A stretch of 64,000 bases of DNA from Azolla caroliniana (Eukaryota > Plantae > Polypodiophyta). The notes beneath the pieces were generated by a model, which was not told the origin of the DNA, ran no database searches, and worked only from the letters and a program-made list of their open reading frames with translations. Below are positions 61,054 through 64,000 of the stretch, one piece after another. Numbering within the stretch: position 1 is the first letter of the stretch; each line of letters begins with the position of its first letter. The stretch lies in NCBI GenBank assembly GCA_043228905.1, contig JBHGNT010000002.1, positions 10,106,001-10,170,000 on the forward strand, given 5' to 3'. Position numbers and translations under genes: made by a program.

Positions 61054-63349
61054 AAATTCTTCTGTGTTAATCAGCTAATTACTAACTACTACCGATACAG
61101 AAGAGTGAACGTCGCTACTCAACGTTCTAACAAGGAATTGTGTTTTACGAACGGAATTATAATATATTAATCGGTAATTACCGTGATCGTTACTTAGTTA
61201 TAAATTAGGAAGCTTGCTCTTAACAACATAGACAATAGGAAGAACACAGAATCTGTACAGGATATTCCTAACTTAAACTTATATTACTAAATAAAACGAC
61301 CTTTCTTACAATGCCTTCGGTTCCCTTTTATAGGTATACCCGAAGGTCTTTTCTCATCAAGAACTATTCCTACTTACTATCAAGAATTACAAAATTATCT
61401 AACTAACTTAGTTCTCTTCGTTTACTGCTGAGTCATTGATCCGAACAGTCGATCCGAACCGACTCCGTTTTCGACGCTTTCCCACTTGTTCGGTAAAACT
61501 GACTGTCCGGGTCCGGGTAACAGAAAGTCCGCGGTGGTTGTTGTTGGTCCCGACGTAGCTCCTGGTGCCGATCATCGTCCGAACTTTCGTCGTAATGCCA
61601 TTGGTCCCTATATTGTCAATGTTTCCCGCGAGACCCATTGAAGCCACCACGTTTGTTCACCGGACGGTTGTTTTCGTAACGTCGTCCTCCTTTATTATAT
61701 CTGTGGTTGCCCCAGTAGTCTTCGTCCTCCGATTCTTCTTCCTCGGAAACGTTGTTGTTCTGGCGATTCTAGTAGTGTCGGTCATCTCGTGGATTCTGAT
61801 CCGTATACCGGGGTCATTCCTCTTGGCGCCTTTAATCATTACGACAATGTGGTCGTTGTGTTTCTACGCTTCGTACTATGGGCGTGGGTCTGTTCAACAT
61901 ATTGTACTCACACTGCTCGGACGTGTGTGCTTTCAAGTGACAGATTGGGTAGTGGATTCACATGTTGCATTCCATTGCGGAATGTCCAAAATTGAGGCAA
62001 ATTGTATACTGGATTGCCTGGTGAAAATGTCGTTCCTCGTCCTGAGGTAATGCTTGTCGTAATCAGGACATAGAAAACCTTTCCTCTTCTTCCTCCAGCT
62101 CGAGCTGCAACGCTCGTTCTATGACCATATCAATTGTTTCTTCTTTCACGCTATTGTTGTTGAGCATTGTCCATATCGGTCGCCGTAAGGCTACCAACAA
62201 TGTCTCCCGAGCCTCGTCCTCTGTCGGGCCCCATTCTAATTTCTGTCATAGATTTTGGACGCGTAAACTGAAGTCCGCGACAGTCTCGGCTGGCAACTGT
62301 TTCATTGTATAGAACTACCCGAGGATTTCGCGTTGCGGCACCCTCCGATGAAAGAACAACATAAAGGCCGACTGCAGCTGGTCGAAGGTCGTGATTGTTG
62401 ACAGATCCATCTGCGAATGCCAAAACGCAGCTCTACCATCCAACGCTAATCCAAACTCTGTCATTTTGGACTGGTGCGCTACCTCTTCAGGAAGTCTCTA
62501 CACCATGTGATTCGCATTCCAGACATTCAGGAATAGGAGAATGTGGGTTGCGGTGTCTGTTTCACCGTTGAAGCGGGGATAGGAGAAGGCCATGCTAGAT
62601 GCTACAGCAAGTAGGGGAAAACCATTGTACTTGTGTGGTGACGGAACTTCCTACGTGTCTTCGGGGTATTTGGTGAGCGGGAAGGCGATTTTGTGGTCCC
62701 AACAGATATCACTGAGGTCACTGAGGTCAGGTTTTTGCTTTGCGCGTTCCTCTACCTAGCGTGTGATGGACATTGTGACTGGTCAGTCGTGTCGAGTTGG
62801 TTCTCTGGGACGTCTACGACTAAACATCCATTTCTCATTGTTCGTCAGCGAGAAGACACATATCACCAAACGTGCCAAACGTGTTACCGATTAGGAACAC
62901 AGTCTACGGTCAGTCCTTCGACCTAGACCTCGAGGTGACTGTGTTGCAAGGAATGGTACCGTTGTACCGTAATACGTAATGGGATACTTCCCCGTATCCT
63001 AGTAGCGTATAAGGGAGACGGCTACAACCGAACTCCTTAGGAAGTGCACTTAGTATCCACACTTACGCCTACACCTTTACGATTACAGTCCGCCATAGAG
63101 AACAAAGGACACAGTAGATAAAACCAGAAATATGCACAAAAATCAGAGAAGATAGTATTCTATTAGAATAACGCTCTATGAATGAAAATTACACGCTACC
63201 TCTTACAAAGGATTTCTGCCCTTTATATACCTAGGGTCTTTTAGCCGTTCATGCTTCCCGCGTGAACTGTTACATGTGTTTCTTACGCTTTTACTATATT
63301 CTAATATTTCTGCGCTTCGTTCCGGCGGTTACTATTCCGGCGGACAACA

Positions 63350-64000
63350 CCAAGTGGTAGCTAATTAGCTACTACCATAATTTACTTATAGTGGCTAACT
63401 AACTAGTACCATACTTTAGTTGAGTAGCTAATTAGCTAATTAGCTAAGTGGTAGCTAATTAGGCACTACCATAGTTTAGTATAGTAGCGAATTAGCTACG
63501 AGGTAGCTAATTAGCTACTACCATAGTTTAGTATTGTAGCTAATTAGCTAAGTAGTAGCTAATTAGCTATTACCATAGTTTAGTATTGTAGCTAATTAGC
63601 TAAGTAGTAGCTAATTAGCTACTACCGTACTTTATTTATAGTGGCTAACTAGCTAGTACCATACTTTAGTTGAATAGCTAATTAGCTAATTAGGTACTAC
63701 CATAGTTTAGTATAGTAGATAATTAATTAAGTGGTAGCTAATTAGTGAGTACCATACTCTAGCTGAGTAGCTAATTAGCAAAGTGGTAGCTAATTAGGTA
63801 CTACCATAGTTTAGTACAGTAGCTAATTAGCTAAGTAGTAGCTAATTAGCTACTACCATACTTTAGTTGTGTAGTTAATTAGCTAATTAGCTAAGTGGTA
63901 GCTAATTAGGTACTACCATAGTTTAGTACAGTAGCTAATTAGCTACTACCATACTTTAGCTATAGTGGCTAACTAGCTAGTACCATACTTTAGTTGAGTA
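63350..64000. repeat. Continuation of the palindromic satellite (runs off the window)
   Basis: Same TAGCTAATTAGCTA-based units as 44850-45638. Confidence 0.93.

Larger units (their letters stand above)
52123..61522 (-). mobile_element. Element I: full-length 9.4-kb non-chromovirus gypsy nested in the gag of H; 458-bp LTRs at 52123-52580 and 61065-61522
   Basis: About 8 substitutions between LTRs by eye; TSD GAAAG (52118-52122, 61523-61527); TATAAAA on minus in the LTR. Confidence 0.96.
45639..63349 (-). mobile_element. Element H: decayed non-chromovirus gypsy with extra ORF, inserted in the satellite. 5' LTR 62882-63349; 3' LTR 45639-46077 (29 bp truncated)
   Basis: LTR pair; INT 49014-50024, RH ~50200-50600, deleted RT/PR 50630-51870, gag remnants 51950-52117 and 61528-62600, ORF3 fragments 46309-48733. 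Confidence 0.92.

Overview
Eukaryotic, essentially gene-free window made almost entirely of nested retrotransposons. The protein families and PBS types suggest a non-seed land plant (bryophyte, lycophyte or fern); this is inference. My element labels: J, a decayed non-chromovirus gypsy (1013-5089, probably resuming at 34483); A, a gag-only tRNA-Trp-primed LTR element with 4 LTR copies; B, a Tnt1-like copia fragment; C and E, two copies of a ~5.7-kb copia family with 5-bp TSDs, plus a fragment at 1-1012; D, a tRNA-Trp-primed gypsy with an FLDD RT; F and G, Tcn1-like chromoviruses (F has apparently identical LTRs and a self-priming site); a two-ORF APE-RT LINE; a decayed RING-H2 gene fragment; and a palindrome-built ~52-bp satellite split by gypsy H, which carries the related element I with an intact 890-aa extra ORF. 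The two most unusual patterns: (1) antisense tRNA-like A-box/B-box cassettes in the U3 of four different LTR families; (2) a gypsy family (H, I, K) whose PPT is replaced by an inverted PBS-like TGGCAC...TGGG motif. All boundaries were read by eye; no database searches were run.
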